Source: Gammaproteobacteria bacterium (GTDB taxonomy: Bacteria > Pseudomonadota > Gammaproteobacteria > Eutrophobiales > Eutrophobiaceae). Taken from it: 64,000 nt of DNA. The stretch is taken from NCBI GenBank assembly GCA_965250225.1, contig CBDFNQ010000035.1, positions 1,641 through 65,640 of the forward strand. The letters are read 5' to 3'. Shown one piece after another: positions 35,268-44,883 of the stretch. Made by a program: the position numbers and the translations under genes. The stretch's first letter is position 1; every line of letters begins with the position of its first letter. The notes beneath the pieces were generated by a model, which was not told the DNA's origin, did not search any database, and saw nothing but the letters and a program-made list of their open reading frames with translations.

Positions 35268-36131
35268 TTAGTGGTTGGCTGAAAGTACAACAACGCCGGC
35301 AATAATAAATAACACACCGCACCATTGGACCCAACTCATTTGTTCTTTTAAAAAAACTCTTGCCAGTAATACAGTCACAATACTAAAACCGGAAGCCGTT
35401 ACAACTGCAATTTCGGCATTCTCAGTTTGTGTACTCCAGGCAAGCGCAGCATAAGCGCCGGTATCCATAAAACCCTGAAGCCCTAGTAATGGCCAATAGC
35501 TTAGGGTAATGATCGGGACTTGTTGCCTCCATATAAAGACAAGTGCTATTGATAGCAGGCTAATCCAGCGTGCAAGACAAACAGTTTGTAGCTCGCCATA
35601 AATAGGGCTTGCTGCCTGTGCGGCGGCAATAGTGATACCGAAAGTGAATGAAGAAGCTAACGCTATGATGATGGTTTTGCGTAAGTGCTGACGATTGTAA
35701 TCAGGATGTGATTCAAAATGTGATGAAGCACAAGCAACCAGCCATACACCAATAAATACAGCGAAAATTGCAATCCATTGACTGTATTCTGGACGGCTAC
35801 CGAGAAACACTGCAAGTATGACATTGAAGATAGGAAAGCTACCAACGATGGGTGCGACGATCGTCACGGGTCCTCTTGCTAATCCCCAATAAAGTAGCAG
35901 TGTCGCGACCATGGTGCCGATTCCTGTCAGGAGTAATAGCCACCAGCCTGAAATAACAAATACGAAGGGGATGTCAAATAGGAAAATGATCAGGCTTAGC
36001 GCTATAGCTCCAACACTCAGCATACCGAGTAATGCCTGTTGGTGTCCGATCGCGCGACCCGTAAAGCGCGCAATAAAGTCTGCTCCACCCCAGCCGAGTG
36101 CTGCTAATAATCCATATAATCCTGCTGTCAT
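35268..36131 (-). CDS. EamA/DMT-family permease
   Basis: About 10 TM helices in two EamA-like halves, 287 aa. Confidence 0.7.
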   Translation of the reverse strand: MTAGLYGLLAALGWGGADFIARFTGRAIGHQQALLGMLSVGAIALSLIIFLFDIPFVFVISGWWLLLLTGIGTMVATLLLYWGLARGPVTIVAPIVGSFPIFNVILAVFLGSRPEYSQWIAIFAVFIGVWLVACASSHFESHPDYNRQHLRKTIIIALASSFTFGITIAAAQAASPIYGELQTVCLARWISLLSIALVFIWRQQVPIITLSYWPLLGLQGFMDTGAYAALAWSTQTENAEIAVVTASGFSIVTVLLARVFLKEQMSWVQWCGVLFIIAGVVVLSANH

Positions 36132-36387
36132 TCGCTCTTTACCTGCTGATTACACATAAATATTCTCTTAAACAGACAACATAATAGCATTGAGCCAACA
36201 GAGTATATTCGCTATTTATTATGATAAAATTAGTGCGAGTTGCTAGGCATGGGTATTACTACCAAAGGGATATATGAATTGTCCATATGGGGTGTTATCC
36301 TCGACTTGCAATGCCGTAGATTTAATACATTTACGTGTTGAGATATTGGGTTTAATACAAAATAATAAGCATTTAGGGGAGAGAGTA

Positions 36388-37830
36388 ATGGATAATGAAC
36401 TATCGTCATTAGTCGTTATATTTACCGAATTTTATTACTGGGTCACAGTCGTCATGATGTTTTTAATCCATGTCGGCTTTTGTATGTATGAGGTAGGCGT
36501 CACTCGCCATAAAAACCACTTACACACGTTAATGAAGAATACTATGGTCATACCATTGGTAACCGTGACGTTCTTCTTCTTCGGTTGGTGGATCTATTTT
36601 GCCTTTCCAAATGGGCCATTCCTGAACTTAGCAGGCATGCAAGCTGAAGGCGGCGGGCTTGTTCCATCGCCTCACGCATTGCCATGGAGTGAACTCATGG
36701 GTACCCATATGGGTGGAGCGACTTTCCAGGAAGGGATAACTGCGGCTGACCATGGTTGGTGGGCACGCATAAACGGTGTGTTCTGGGCAGCTTTCTTATT
36801 GTTCTCATGGACAACGGCTTCCATTGTATCAGGTGCTGTGATTGAGCGTATCCGCTCCGGTGCCTTCTGGATAATGGCCGTAGTACTTGGTTCTGGTTTG
36901 TGGATACTAGACGCTTCCTGGGGTTGGCATTGGGACGGTTGGATGGTGGCCAAGCTCGGCTATCATGATGCCTATGCTTCTGGTGTCGTTCATGCTATTG
37001 CCGGTGGTTTTGCCCTGGCGGTGTTGATCGTACTTGGTCCACGTATTGGCAAGTTCAAAGCTGATGGTACACCTAGGGATATTCGTCCACGTAGTCCCTG
37101 GTTGGTTACGGTTGGTCTCTTCCTCATCTTTACGGGTTTCTGGGGATTCTATGCTGCCTGTAACATCCCAATCATTGACTTTTATAGTGATGCCATGACG
37201 GCTAGAGGAGATGGCACCAGCTATTTTACTGCAACCAATATCTATCTGGCACCCACTTCGTTGTCGGCTATTACCTTTAATTTCCTCATGGCGTTAGCTG
37301 GAGGGTTATTAGCAGGTTATTTTATCTCCAAGGGTGACCCTTTCTGGAGTTATTCAGGTGGTCTTGCTGGTTTGATTACAGCATCTGCTGGTAACGACCT
37401 GTATCATCCGATACAAGCGATGATCATTTCGATGGTTGGTGTTGTTATTATTTACAATATGCACTACTGGGTTGAACGCAAGTTCAAGATAGATGATGCA
37501 GTCGGCGCGGTTGCCGTACACGGCTATGCTGGTTTCCTTGGCGTTGTCATTGCAGGCTTCATGCTATGGGGTTACCCAGCTTCGCCATTCTTAGAAGTTA
37601 CAATTAATCCAGTTGGTAACTTCATTGGCGCCATTATCATGTTCTTCGTACTGGGATTTATCCCCGGCTTAATCATAGCGAAAATCCTGAATGGTATGGG
37701 AGTATTACGTATTCCTGAAGCTGTTGAGATTGCTGGTCTTGACCTCGACTATATGGTTGAGGATGAAATTGCCAATAATGATATAGATGAAGCCGTTCGT
37801 GAAGAAGCCAGAAAAATAGGCATTCTTTAA
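36388..37830 (+). CDS. Divergent Amt-family ammonium/methylammonium channel (start at the ATG after GGGGAGAGAG)
   Basis: YEVGVTRHKNHLHTLMKN (cf. LESGLVRSKN), DAYASGVVHAIAGGFALAVLIVLGPRIG, FTGFWGFY and AVHGYAGFLG correspond to Amt signature regions, including both conserved His. Confidence 0.8.
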   Translation: MDNELSSLVVIFTEFYYWVTVVMMFLIHVGFCMYEVGVTRHKNHLHTLMKNTMVIPLVTVTFFFFGWWIYFAFPNGPFLNLAGMQAEGGGLVPSPHALPWSELMGTHMGGATFQEGITAADHGWWARINGVFWAAFLLFSWTTASIVSGAVIERIRSGAFWIMAVVLGSGLWILDASWGWHWDGWMVAKLGYHDAYASGVVHAIAGGFALAVLIVLGPRIGKFKADGTPRDIRPRSPWLVTVGLFLIFTGFWGFYAACNIPIIDFYSDAMTARGDGTSYFTATNIYLAPTSLSAITFNFLMALAGGLLAGYFISKGDPFWSYSGGLAGLITASAGNDLYHPIQAMIISMVGVVIIYNMHYWVERKFKIDDAVGAVAVHGYAGFLGVVIAGFMLWGYPASPFLEVTINPVGNFIGAIIMFFVLGFIPGLIIAKILNGMGVLRIPEAVEIAGLDLDYMVEDEIANNDIDEAVREEARKIGIL

Positions 37831-37871
37831 GAATATTAATTTAACAATTTCATATACAGGAGAGCATTATT

Positions 37872-38099
37872 ATGTCAACTGGAGTTGAAAGTTTTGCAAA
37901 TCTCCATGAAGTGGGTGCAATGTATCCATTTCCTGGTAGTGAAGGTTTAATGGTTATCATAGGCGTCGGTGTTTGGTTATGCTGGCATCTATGGCAGCTT
38001 GCTAATGAAGCCAGGGAACTAAATACTGAAGCTAGCGAATTAAAGGATAAGGCGAGAGTCAGTAGAATCCTTGAGAGTAAGTCAATTAATTCAGAGTAA
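37872..38099 (+). CDS. Small single-TM protein (75 aa) downstream of the Amt gene
   Basis: AGGAG precedes the ATG. There is one hydrophobic helix (LMVIIGVGVWLCWHLW) followed by a charged coiled tail. Confidence 0.45.
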   Translation: MSTGVESFANLHEVGAMYPFPGSEGLMVIIGVGVWLCWHLWQLANEARELNTEASELKDKARVSRILESKSINSE

Positions 38100-38144
38100 G
38101 AAAATCAATTCTTATCTTTAATTATTGATAGTATCTTTAATTAT

Positions 38145-38182
38145 CCCCTGGTCGCCTTAGGTGGTCAGGGGATTTTCATTTC
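38145..38182 (+). terminator. Rho-independent terminator after the Amt/small-protein pair
   Basis: The stem CCCCTGGTCGCC / GGTGGTCAGGGG (38145-38171, including G-U pairs) is followed by ATTTTCATTTCT. Confidence 0.5.
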
Positions 38183-38253
38183 TGAAGTCCTGATAATATA
38201 CAAAGATATATTTTTGGAACCTCTGAACTAGTCCGTCCGGGACTTGCCAGAGG

Positions 38254-38368
38254 GAGCAAACAAAAATGCGATTTTTCGTTTGCTCACAAAATCAATTGCT
38301 TATTGCAATTGATTTTGGTGGCACATCCCTGTACCAAAGGAAACTCTGACTTAATCAGAGTTTCCTTT
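38254..38368. repeat. Three consecutive stem-loops: 38254-38285 (GAGCAAAC.../...GTTTGCTC), 38288-38316 (perfect 12-bp arms), 38336-38368 (perfect 14-bp arms)
   Basis: AAAATCAATTGC/GCAATTGATTTT and AAAGGAAACTCTGA/TCAGAGTTTCCTTT are exact reverse complements. The first hairpin has an 8-bp outer stem and an inner A/T stem. Confidence 0.8.
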
Positions 38369-38382
38369 TATAATTATTTTAT

Positions 38383-38922
38383 ATGGCATGCCTGAACTCA
38401 CAGGTATTTAATTTGCTTTTTTTTAGGTGTATTTCAATGATCGGACGAATGTTAGAAGGATATCCAAGCAAACCAGCTGTTGTTGTTGCGGTGATCCTCA
38501 TCATTAGTGCGATGTCTATATATTATTTCGACCAGAATAGAACGTGTACAGATATAGCATCGATGCGATCCCAACTCTATTCGTTGGCTGAAAATAATGT
38601 CAGTAATGAAATTCGACTGGTAGATACAACGGATATTCAGTGGGACAAGGCCAGGATTATTGTCGACTACAAGACCGAGGGTAAATTATTAGACTGTCCT
38701 TTCGATTGGGGCTGGACACAACAACACCGTCAAGAATTGATGGCCCGAGGGCTGTTAAATATGATTGTTTTCACCTGGAAAGACGTGGTAATAGCATATC
38801 TTGATTTCAATCGGGATAGGGTTGATTTTGAATTGGTTGATATTATTGTTACACCCGATTCGGCTGTATTCAGTGTCGAAAGAAATGATACTAACACGTA
38901 TTTATTGCGTCAGGCCAAGTAA
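38383..38922 (+). CDS. Hypothetical membrane-anchored protein (start uncertain; the ATG at 38437 is possible)
   Basis: ORF with one N-terminal TM segment (VVVAVILIISAMSIYYF). I recognise no motif. Confidence 0.4.
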   Translation: MACLNSQVFNLLFFRCISMIGRMLEGYPSKPAVVVAVILIISAMSIYYFDQNRTCTDIASMRSQLYSLAENNVSNEIRLVDTTDIQWDKARIIVDYKTEGKLLDCPFDWGWTQQHRQELMARGLLNMIVFTWKDVVIAYLDFNRDRVDFELVDIIVTPDSAVFSVERNDTNTYLLRQAK

Positions 38923-39074
38923 AGACTATGAGTGAATCCGACCCAGGCTAATTTGCCTGATTATAAGATACACCTAAAAAATCTTTCTGATAATACTCGT
39001 ATCCGTAGGAAAAATAGTTGCAGTCCCTCTTTATCAATTTCACACGTCAACCCCTCTTATTGAAACACTTAACG

Positions 39075-40403
39075 TTACATTTTTGAAAAATATTGTTTAA
39101 GCGCTTCGATTACTCTGGGAGAAAGTAGCAAGGTGGACACCAGTGTCGGGATCGCCATCAGTGCAAATGCTGTATCGATAATATTAATGACGGTTGCCTG
39201 GCTCCAAAATGCTGCAATCGGTATCAACGCCAGATAGATGTAGATAAAATGGCTTCCTAATTGTTTGCCAAACAGATAGCGGGAGCATTTTAGACTGTAG
39301 TATGAATAGGAAATCATAGTGGAGATGGCAAACAGGCAGAAAATGACAGCAAGGATGATCTTACCATTTCCTGGCATTGCAGTTTCAAATGCATTTGCGG
39401 TCATGACAACACCATTACCTGAACCAGTGACACCGTTGCTGAGGATGACCAACGCAGTCATGGTACAGACGATATGTGTATCAATGAAAGGGCCGACCAT
39501 TGCCACGAGTCCTTCACGTACTGGTTCGGATGTCTTTGCCGCACCATGAGCCATGGCAGCGGTGCCGATGCCTGCCTCATTGGAAAAGGCCGCACGTTTC
39601 ACCCCGGTAATCAACACCTCTTTAAATGTGAGACCAACAGCACCGCCGATGACAGCTTCACCACCGAATGCGGCTTTAAATATGGAAATGAATAAGTCAG
39701 GTATGAGTTCAAAGTTAATACTTAATATGTAAACACAGGAACCGATATACAGTAAACACATCAATGGGACGACCCCTGCTGCTACCTGGCCGACACGTGT
39801 GATGCCGCCGAAAATGACACTGCCAACGATCAACATCGCAATAAAACCTGTTATGCCTGGGCTTATTGCCCAATGCTGATGGAGCAGACTGGCTAACTGG
39901 TTGGACTGGAATATAGCCAAGCATCCGAACATGCCGCAAAAGGCAAACATTATAGCCAGTGGTTTAAAACGTTTGCCCAGACCCACTTCGATAAAATACA
40001 TAGGGCCACCTTGTTCAATACCGTCTTCATCTTTTTTTCGGTACATGCAGGCGAGAGTACAGGTAAAAAATTTTGTTGCCATACCAACAGTTCCTGCAAC
40101 CCACATCCAGAAGATTGCACCCGCTCCGCCCGTTGCTATGGCAACGGCAACACCTGCGATATTGCCCATACCGATGGTTGCTGAAAGTGCCGATGAAAGA
40201 GCCTGGAAGTGATTTATCTGTCCTGGGTCTTTGTCATTATCATAACGTCCAAGGAGAATTTGTAATGTGTGTCTTAATGCGAAAAAGGGGATGAAACGAC
40301 TTGCAACAGTAAAATAAATGCCTGCGGATAATAATAAAATAATAAGAGGCATGCCCCATGCGAGAGCAACAGCGCGAGCCCAAAATTGGTCAAATAGCAG
40401 CAA
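39075..40403 (-). CDS. Alanine/glycine:cation symporter (AGCS) family transporter
   Basis: 442 aa polytopic protein. QALSSALSATIGMGNIAGVAVAI, GGPMYF and AFSNEAGIGTAAMAHGAAKT are AGCS hallmarks. The start codon is TTG. Confidence 0.85.
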   Translation of the reverse strand: MLLFDQFWARAVALAWGMPLIILLLSAGIYFTVASRFIPFFALRHTLQILLGRYDNDKDPGQINHFQALSSALSATIGMGNIAGVAVAIATGGAGAIFWMWVAGTVGMATKFFTCTLACMYRKKDEDGIEQGGPMYFIEVGLGKRFKPLAIMFAFCGMFGCLAIFQSNQLASLLHQHWAISPGITGFIAMLIVGSVIFGGITRVGQVAAGVVPLMCLLYIGSCVYILSINFELIPDLFISIFKAAFGGEAVIGGAVGLTFKEVLITGVKRAAFSNEAGIGTAAMAHGAAKTSEPVREGLVAMVGPFIDTHIVCTMTALVILSNGVTGSGNGVVMTANAFETAMPGNGKIILAVIFCLFAISTMISYSYYSLKCSRYLFGKQLGSHFIYIYLALIPIAAFWSQATVINIIDTAFALMAIPTLVSTLLLSPRVIEALKQYFSKM

Positions 40404-40931
40404 ATGTAATGTCCAAATGATTTTTAATAGAAGTTTACCATGACAATAAATATGTGGCAGTACAGCTTGTTCGCCAGGACGCGTAGTTACTGCCGGAGGA
40501 AATTAGTAAGATTTTTAATCATAGAAAGCCCTCTTTTTATCTACACAGACAGTTAAAAAATTGCTCGGTATTTGACTTACTACTTCAGGGGTATATCGAA
40601 CGTTGAATTGACGCTGGACTAGCAAAGTTCGACTATGTTTGCCTATTTTAGGTTTCTTGAAATTTGCCAAACATAAATAGCCAATATTTGGTTATTTATA
40701 AGGTTATGGTGATTAATAATAAATTACTGTCTCTTTGAAGCAGTAGTCAATGATGGATCTTAGTAAGAACCTCTATGTTTAAATTTCGATTACATATTTT
40801 GGTGGACAGTTGTGCAAACTCCTCCTCCGGCCGAATTGATAAATCTCTGGTCAAATGGCCACAAGGTTTTATTCCTACACGTACACTGGTTGGCCACTGT
40901 CTACCTTTATTAATTTGGAGTAAATAGCTGC

Positions 40932-42275
40932 ATGACATTCCCAACACAGAGCAAGTATTTAATTATTGGTGCTGGTATCCACGGGCTGAGTACGGCCTAT
41001 CATCTTGCCCTTGAATTGAAAGCCAGTGGTAAAGGAAGTGGTAAGGACATTCTGATTATAGACAAGAGTGGGATCGCAGCAGGTGCTTCAGGGATCGCAT
41101 GTGGTGTTGTTCGCAATAATTACTTCCAACCTGCGATGCGTGAATTGATGGCGCACAGTGTGGATGTTTGGGAATCTGATCCTGAAGCATACAGTTACCA
41201 TGCTGTTGGTTATATGCAGATTAGCCCTGAATCTATGCACGCTGATGTTGCTACTATTGCTGGCCAGCAAAAAGATATTAATTATGAATCAGTCTTTATT
41301 GAAGGTGCTGATGACAGTACAAAATATATGAAGGGACTGTTTGATGACTGGCAGGCCCAGGGCATCACTTCCGTATTGCATGAAAAACGCGGTGGTTATG
41401 CCAACAACAGAAAAGCCATGTACGGTCTGGCTGCAAAGGCAGAGGCCGAAGGTGTACAAATACAATCTGGCGTTACGGTTACCGGTTTTCTGAGTGGCAA
41501 TGGTTCTGATGCAATTTCAGCAGTTGAGACTGATCAGGGCACCATAAAGTGTGATTATGTCATCATCGGTGCCGGTCCATGGGCAAAGGTCTTCTGGGAT
41601 ATGCTGGATCTTCCTAAAACTATCAGTATCAAGGGTGCCGATGGCACAATGCACGATGATGTTAATATGTGGATCTATTGGTCACTGCAAGAGGGTACAT
41701 TAGGCGTTGATCCGAATTACCTCAAGACCAACGATGGGAAGATGCCTCCAGTAATTCATGTCGACAGTGATGCACCCTTATTTTCTGATGTGGATGGATC
41801 CTTGATCACGGATAATATGTGGGGTATCTATTACAAACCCGATTTTAATTTTGGCGGTATACAGGGTGGCGCAGCTCCTGATCCAATAGATACAGACCCA
41901 GATAAAGTTACCGTTGACCCTTATGGCCCTGATTCGCCAGACTATGTGATGGGTGATGAGTTTGCACATATGTGGTGTTCAGCATTGGCTCATTGTCAAA
42001 AACGTTTTGAGGGTCAAATAGGCGTATACAAAAAAGAAGCCTCTGGCGGTATTGGTGCATTTACTCCAGATAGCTTTCCGGTTTTTGATGTATTTCGTCA
42101 AAATTGTTACTTTATTGCCGATTCAAATCACGGTTACAAGATGTTAGGTGTTGGCAAGCTGGTCGCTGCTGATATTGCAGGTAACGATTCTCGTTTACTT
42201 GAACCTTTCAGGTTTTCAAGATATGCAGAAGGTAAGTTACACCCAGTATCCAGTAGCCCATTTCCGTGGAGTTGA
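40932..42275 (+). CDS. DAO-family FAD-dependent oxidoreductase (PuuB / sarcosine-oxidase-beta-like), substrate unknown
   Basis: N-terminal dinucleotide fold YLIIGAGIHGLSTAYHLA. 447 aa. It leads the GS-like/mgsABC-like operon. Confidence 0.7.
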   Translation: MTFPTQSKYLIIGAGIHGLSTAYHLALELKASGKGSGKDILIIDKSGIAAGASGIACGVVRNNYFQPAMRELMAHSVDVWESDPEAYSYHAVGYMQISPESMHADVATIAGQQKDINYESVFIEGADDSTKYMKGLFDDWQAQGITSVLHEKRGGYANNRKAMYGLAAKAEAEGVQIQSGVTVTGFLSGNGSDAISAVETDQGTIKCDYVIIGAGPWAKVFWDMLDLPKTISIKGADGTMHDDVNMWIYWSLQEGTLGVDPNYLKTNDGKMPPVIHVDSDAPLFSDVDGSLITDNMWGIYYKPDFNFGGIQGGAAPDPIDTDPDKVTVDPYGPDSPDYVMGDEFAHMWCSALAHCQKRFEGQIGVYKKEASGGIGAFTPDSFPVFDVFRQNCYFIADSNHGYKMLGVGKLVAADIAGNDSRLLEPFRFSRYAEGKLHPVSSSPFPWS

Positions 42276-42362
42276 TTTTTTTGTAGCAGTGAGAAATGTT
42301 AATCTGCAGTTTGTTGTATCACGATAAATAACAACTACCGAGTAATTAGGAGGAGAGAAAAA

Positions 42363-43832
42363 ATGACAGACTTACAAGCACATGTTGAGGCTCCCGGACG
42401 CGCAGACCTGGTTAAACAGGTTAGTGAAAAAATAAAAGAAACTGGTGTCGACTATATCTATTACCAGTTCATCTCAGTAACAGGCCGAGTGATGGGTAAA
42501 GGTATCCCGTCAGCTCATTGGGAACGTCTGGCGGAAAAGGGCTTTCAACTTGTTTACGGTTCAACGGCAAACCTGTTCGTTGATCGTCATGGTGATTACA
42601 TCGGTTATGGTGCGGAGTCATCGGAACTGGTTGGTATTCCTGATCCAGAGACATTCTGTCAGTTGCCATGGGATAAACGCGTCGGTCGTGTGTACTGTAC
42701 GCTGTTCCGCAACCGCGAAGAACGCGAAAATCCTGGTGGTGCACTGACCTCAGATTGCCGTGGTAACCTGCGCCGCATCCATAATGCATTTCAGGAGAAG
42801 CATGGCCTGAATATGCGTTGCGGTACTGAGCCAGAAATGATGTGGCTGAAGCGTGGTGAAGACGGTAAACCAAATGGTGGTGTGACCAAGCCAAACTGTT
42901 ATCACATCGATCAGTTTGAAGAACTGCGTCCAACTTTCATGAAAGTCATTGAATATTCCATACAAATGGGTCTCGACATCATCCAGGGTGACCACGAAGA
43001 TGCACCAGGTCAGTTGGAGCTGAATACACAATATGATGACGTACTGCGTAATGCAGATCGCCTGTCTACCTATCGTCAGATTTGTGCTCAGGTAGCACGG
43101 GAAGATAATTTGATCGCTTGCTTTATGTCCAAGCCTTTCATGGGTGTTTCAGCTTCAGGCTGTCATCACAACATGTCACTGTGGCGTGGTGGTGAAGATG
43201 TGGTTAACAAGTTGGGTTTTGATTCTTTGCCAGGTATGGAAGGATCATTTACGTATATTGAAGGTGGTGAAAATACATTCATGCCTGACCCATCTATCGA
43301 TGAGAAAATGCCAGGCCCAATTGGTCTGCAATCCATCGGTGGTGTGATTGAACATTTAGGTGCATTGACTGCAATTGGTTCACCGACAGTAAACTCCTAC
43401 AGACGTCTATGGGATACAGGTTTCTGGGCACCTATCTTCGCTGATTGGGGTTATCAGAACCGTACTTGTGCACTGCGTGTATCAGCACCGGGTCGTTTCG
43501 AATATCGTTCGGTTGACTCTATGGTTAACCCTTACTTGATGGGTACTGCCTTATTGCAGGCTATGGGTGATGGTATCGACAGAAATCTGGAACCCGGTGA
43601 AGCAGAAGAACGCAATATTTATGATGCGATTGATGCCGGTAAGAAAGTGAAGAAATTACCGATGTCTTTAGGTGATGCGTTAACAGAACTTCGTAATGAC
43701 GAGGTTATTAAGTCGTCTATGCCAGGTGATATGTACAGAGTGTACGAACATTACAAGCGTGACGAATGGGAGCGTTTTAACTCTGCAGTCACCGATTGGG
43801 ATCTGGAAACTTATTTAGATATTTTGCCGTAA
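42363..43832 (+). CDS. Glutamine-synthetase-like gamma-glutamyl-amine ligase (candidate functional gmaS, divergent and longer than set 1)
   Basis: GS catalytic motifs are GTEPEMMW, GDHEDAPGQLELN, SGCHHNMSLW, PTVNSYRRL and NRTCALRVS. 489 aa with insertions relative to the pseudogene copy. Confidence 0.75.
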   Translation: MTDLQAHVEAPGRADLVKQVSEKIKETGVDYIYYQFISVTGRVMGKGIPSAHWERLAEKGFQLVYGSTANLFVDRHGDYIGYGAESSELVGIPDPETFCQLPWDKRVGRVYCTLFRNREERENPGGALTSDCRGNLRRIHNAFQEKHGLNMRCGTEPEMMWLKRGEDGKPNGGVTKPNCYHIDQFEELRPTFMKVIEYSIQMGLDIIQGDHEDAPGQLELNTQYDDVLRNADRLSTYRQICAQVAREDNLIACFMSKPFMGVSASGCHHNMSLWRGGEDVVNKLGFDSLPGMEGSFTYIEGGENTFMPDPSIDEKMPGPIGLQSIGGVIEHLGALTAIGSPTVNSYRRLWDTGFWAPIFADWGYQNRTCALRVSAPGRFEYRSVDSMVNPYLMGTALLQAMGDGIDRNLEPGEAEERNIYDAIDAGKKVKKLPMSLGDALTELRNDEVIKSSMPGDMYRVYEHYKRDEWERFNSAVTDWDLETYLDILP

Positions 43833-43844
43833 CTGATTGTGTTT

Positions 43845-43873
43845 TACCCGGTACGGTGGCCACGTGCCGGGTA
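43845..43873 (+). other. Intercistronic hairpin between the GS-like gene and mgsA (set 2)
   Basis: The 10-bp stem is TACCCGGTAC / GTGCCGGGTA with one G-U pair. No T-tract follows. Confidence 0.4.
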
Positions 43874-43944
43874 GTAACAATTCTTAAAATGCTGAACCTG
43901 TTATTAGGGCAGCAACGTTTTTAATTTTTATTGAGGAAAAGCTT

Positions 43945-44883
43945 ATGTGTGGAATTGCAGGACTTATCTGGAAAGGAGGGCAAAGTTCGAACATTGGTTC
44001 GGAAATGACTTCCATGCTCCAGGCCCTGAAACATAGAGGGCCAGACTCAACCGGGTTTGCACTTTATGGTAATGCAAACGCAGATGATTTCATCATGCGT
44101 TTTAAAACTGCTGAACAGGAAGAGATGAGAACCGGTTTTGATATTCATAAACAGGTTGAAGAACGTGAGGAACAGGTTGAAGCACGCATGAAAGAAATGG
44201 GTGCTAAGGTTAAGGATCAACAAGCTGCGACTGCGTATTCACATCGTTATCTCTTTAGCTTTGAAGGTGATATGCGTCGACTGATCGATTATATCGAGGA
44301 TATTGATGGTGTTGAAGTTCTGTCTGTGGGTAATGCCCTGGAACTAATCAAGGACCTGGGTGATTCGACTATGGTCTCTGAACAATATGACTTAGGTGAG
44401 TTTCAGGGTACGCATGCAATTGGTCATACACGTATGGCAACTGAATCAGATGTTGATATTCGTTCTGCACACCCTTACTGGGCTTATCCGTTTAGTGACG
44501 TGTCTGTTGTACATAACGGTCAGTTAACTAATTACTGGACCCATCGTCGTGATCTGGAACGCCGTGGCCACCGCTTCATGTCAAATTGCGACTCTGAGTT
44601 AATCGCAGTCTATCTCGCTGACCGTATGGATCAGGGGGATGATCTGAAAACAGCCATGGACAGTTCTGTCAGCTTTTTAGATGGTGTGTTCTCTTATTTA
44701 GTGGCAACCAGTGATCAATTGGGTATGGCTAAAGACACGATGTCTGCGAAGCCAATGGTTATTTATGAAAGTGATGAATTTGTTGGTTTGGCATCGGAGG
44801 AGATCGCCATTCGCAGTATCTTCCCGCGTGAAATTGACACATTCGATCCATATGAAGGGGAGGTTTTAGTATGGCAAGCGTAA
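43945..44883 (+). CDS. mgsA: N-methylglutamate synthase subunit A-like (Ntn amidotransferase), set 2
   Basis: MCGIAGL Cys1, HTRMATES and VVHNGQLTN. Confidence 0.8.
   Translation: MCGIAGLIWKGGQSSNIGSEMTSMLQALKHRGPDSTGFALYGNANADDFIMRFKTAEQEEMRTGFDIHKQVEEREEQVEARMKEMGAKVKDQQAATAYSHRYLFSFEGDMRRLIDYIEDIDGVEVLSVGNALELIKDLGDSTMVSEQYDLGEFQGTHAIGHTRMATESDVDIRSAHPYWAYPFSDVSVVHNGQLTNYWTHRRDLERRGHRFMSNCDSELIAVYLADRMDQGDDLKTAMDSSVSFLDGVFSYLVATSDQLGMAKDTMSAKPMVIYESDEFVGLASEEIAIRSIFPREIDTFDPYEGEVLVWQA

Noticed and set aside
36274-36387. The upstream 38-codon extension of the Amt ORF
   Set aside because: The extension (MNCPYGVLSSTCNAV...) is not membrane-like and lacks an RBS. The ATG at 36388 follows GGGGAGAGAG and begins right before the first TM helix.
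40747-40947. A 66-aa minus-strand ORF, and a 10-bp long-range inverted repeat (40801-40810 / 40896-40905), in the leader of the DAO flavoprotein gene. I also considered a riboswitch here.
   Set aside because: The ORF overlaps the flavoprotein start and has no support. The inverted repeat is short and contains a G-U pair. I could not match the region to any riboswitch consensus I know (glutamine, glycine or THF).
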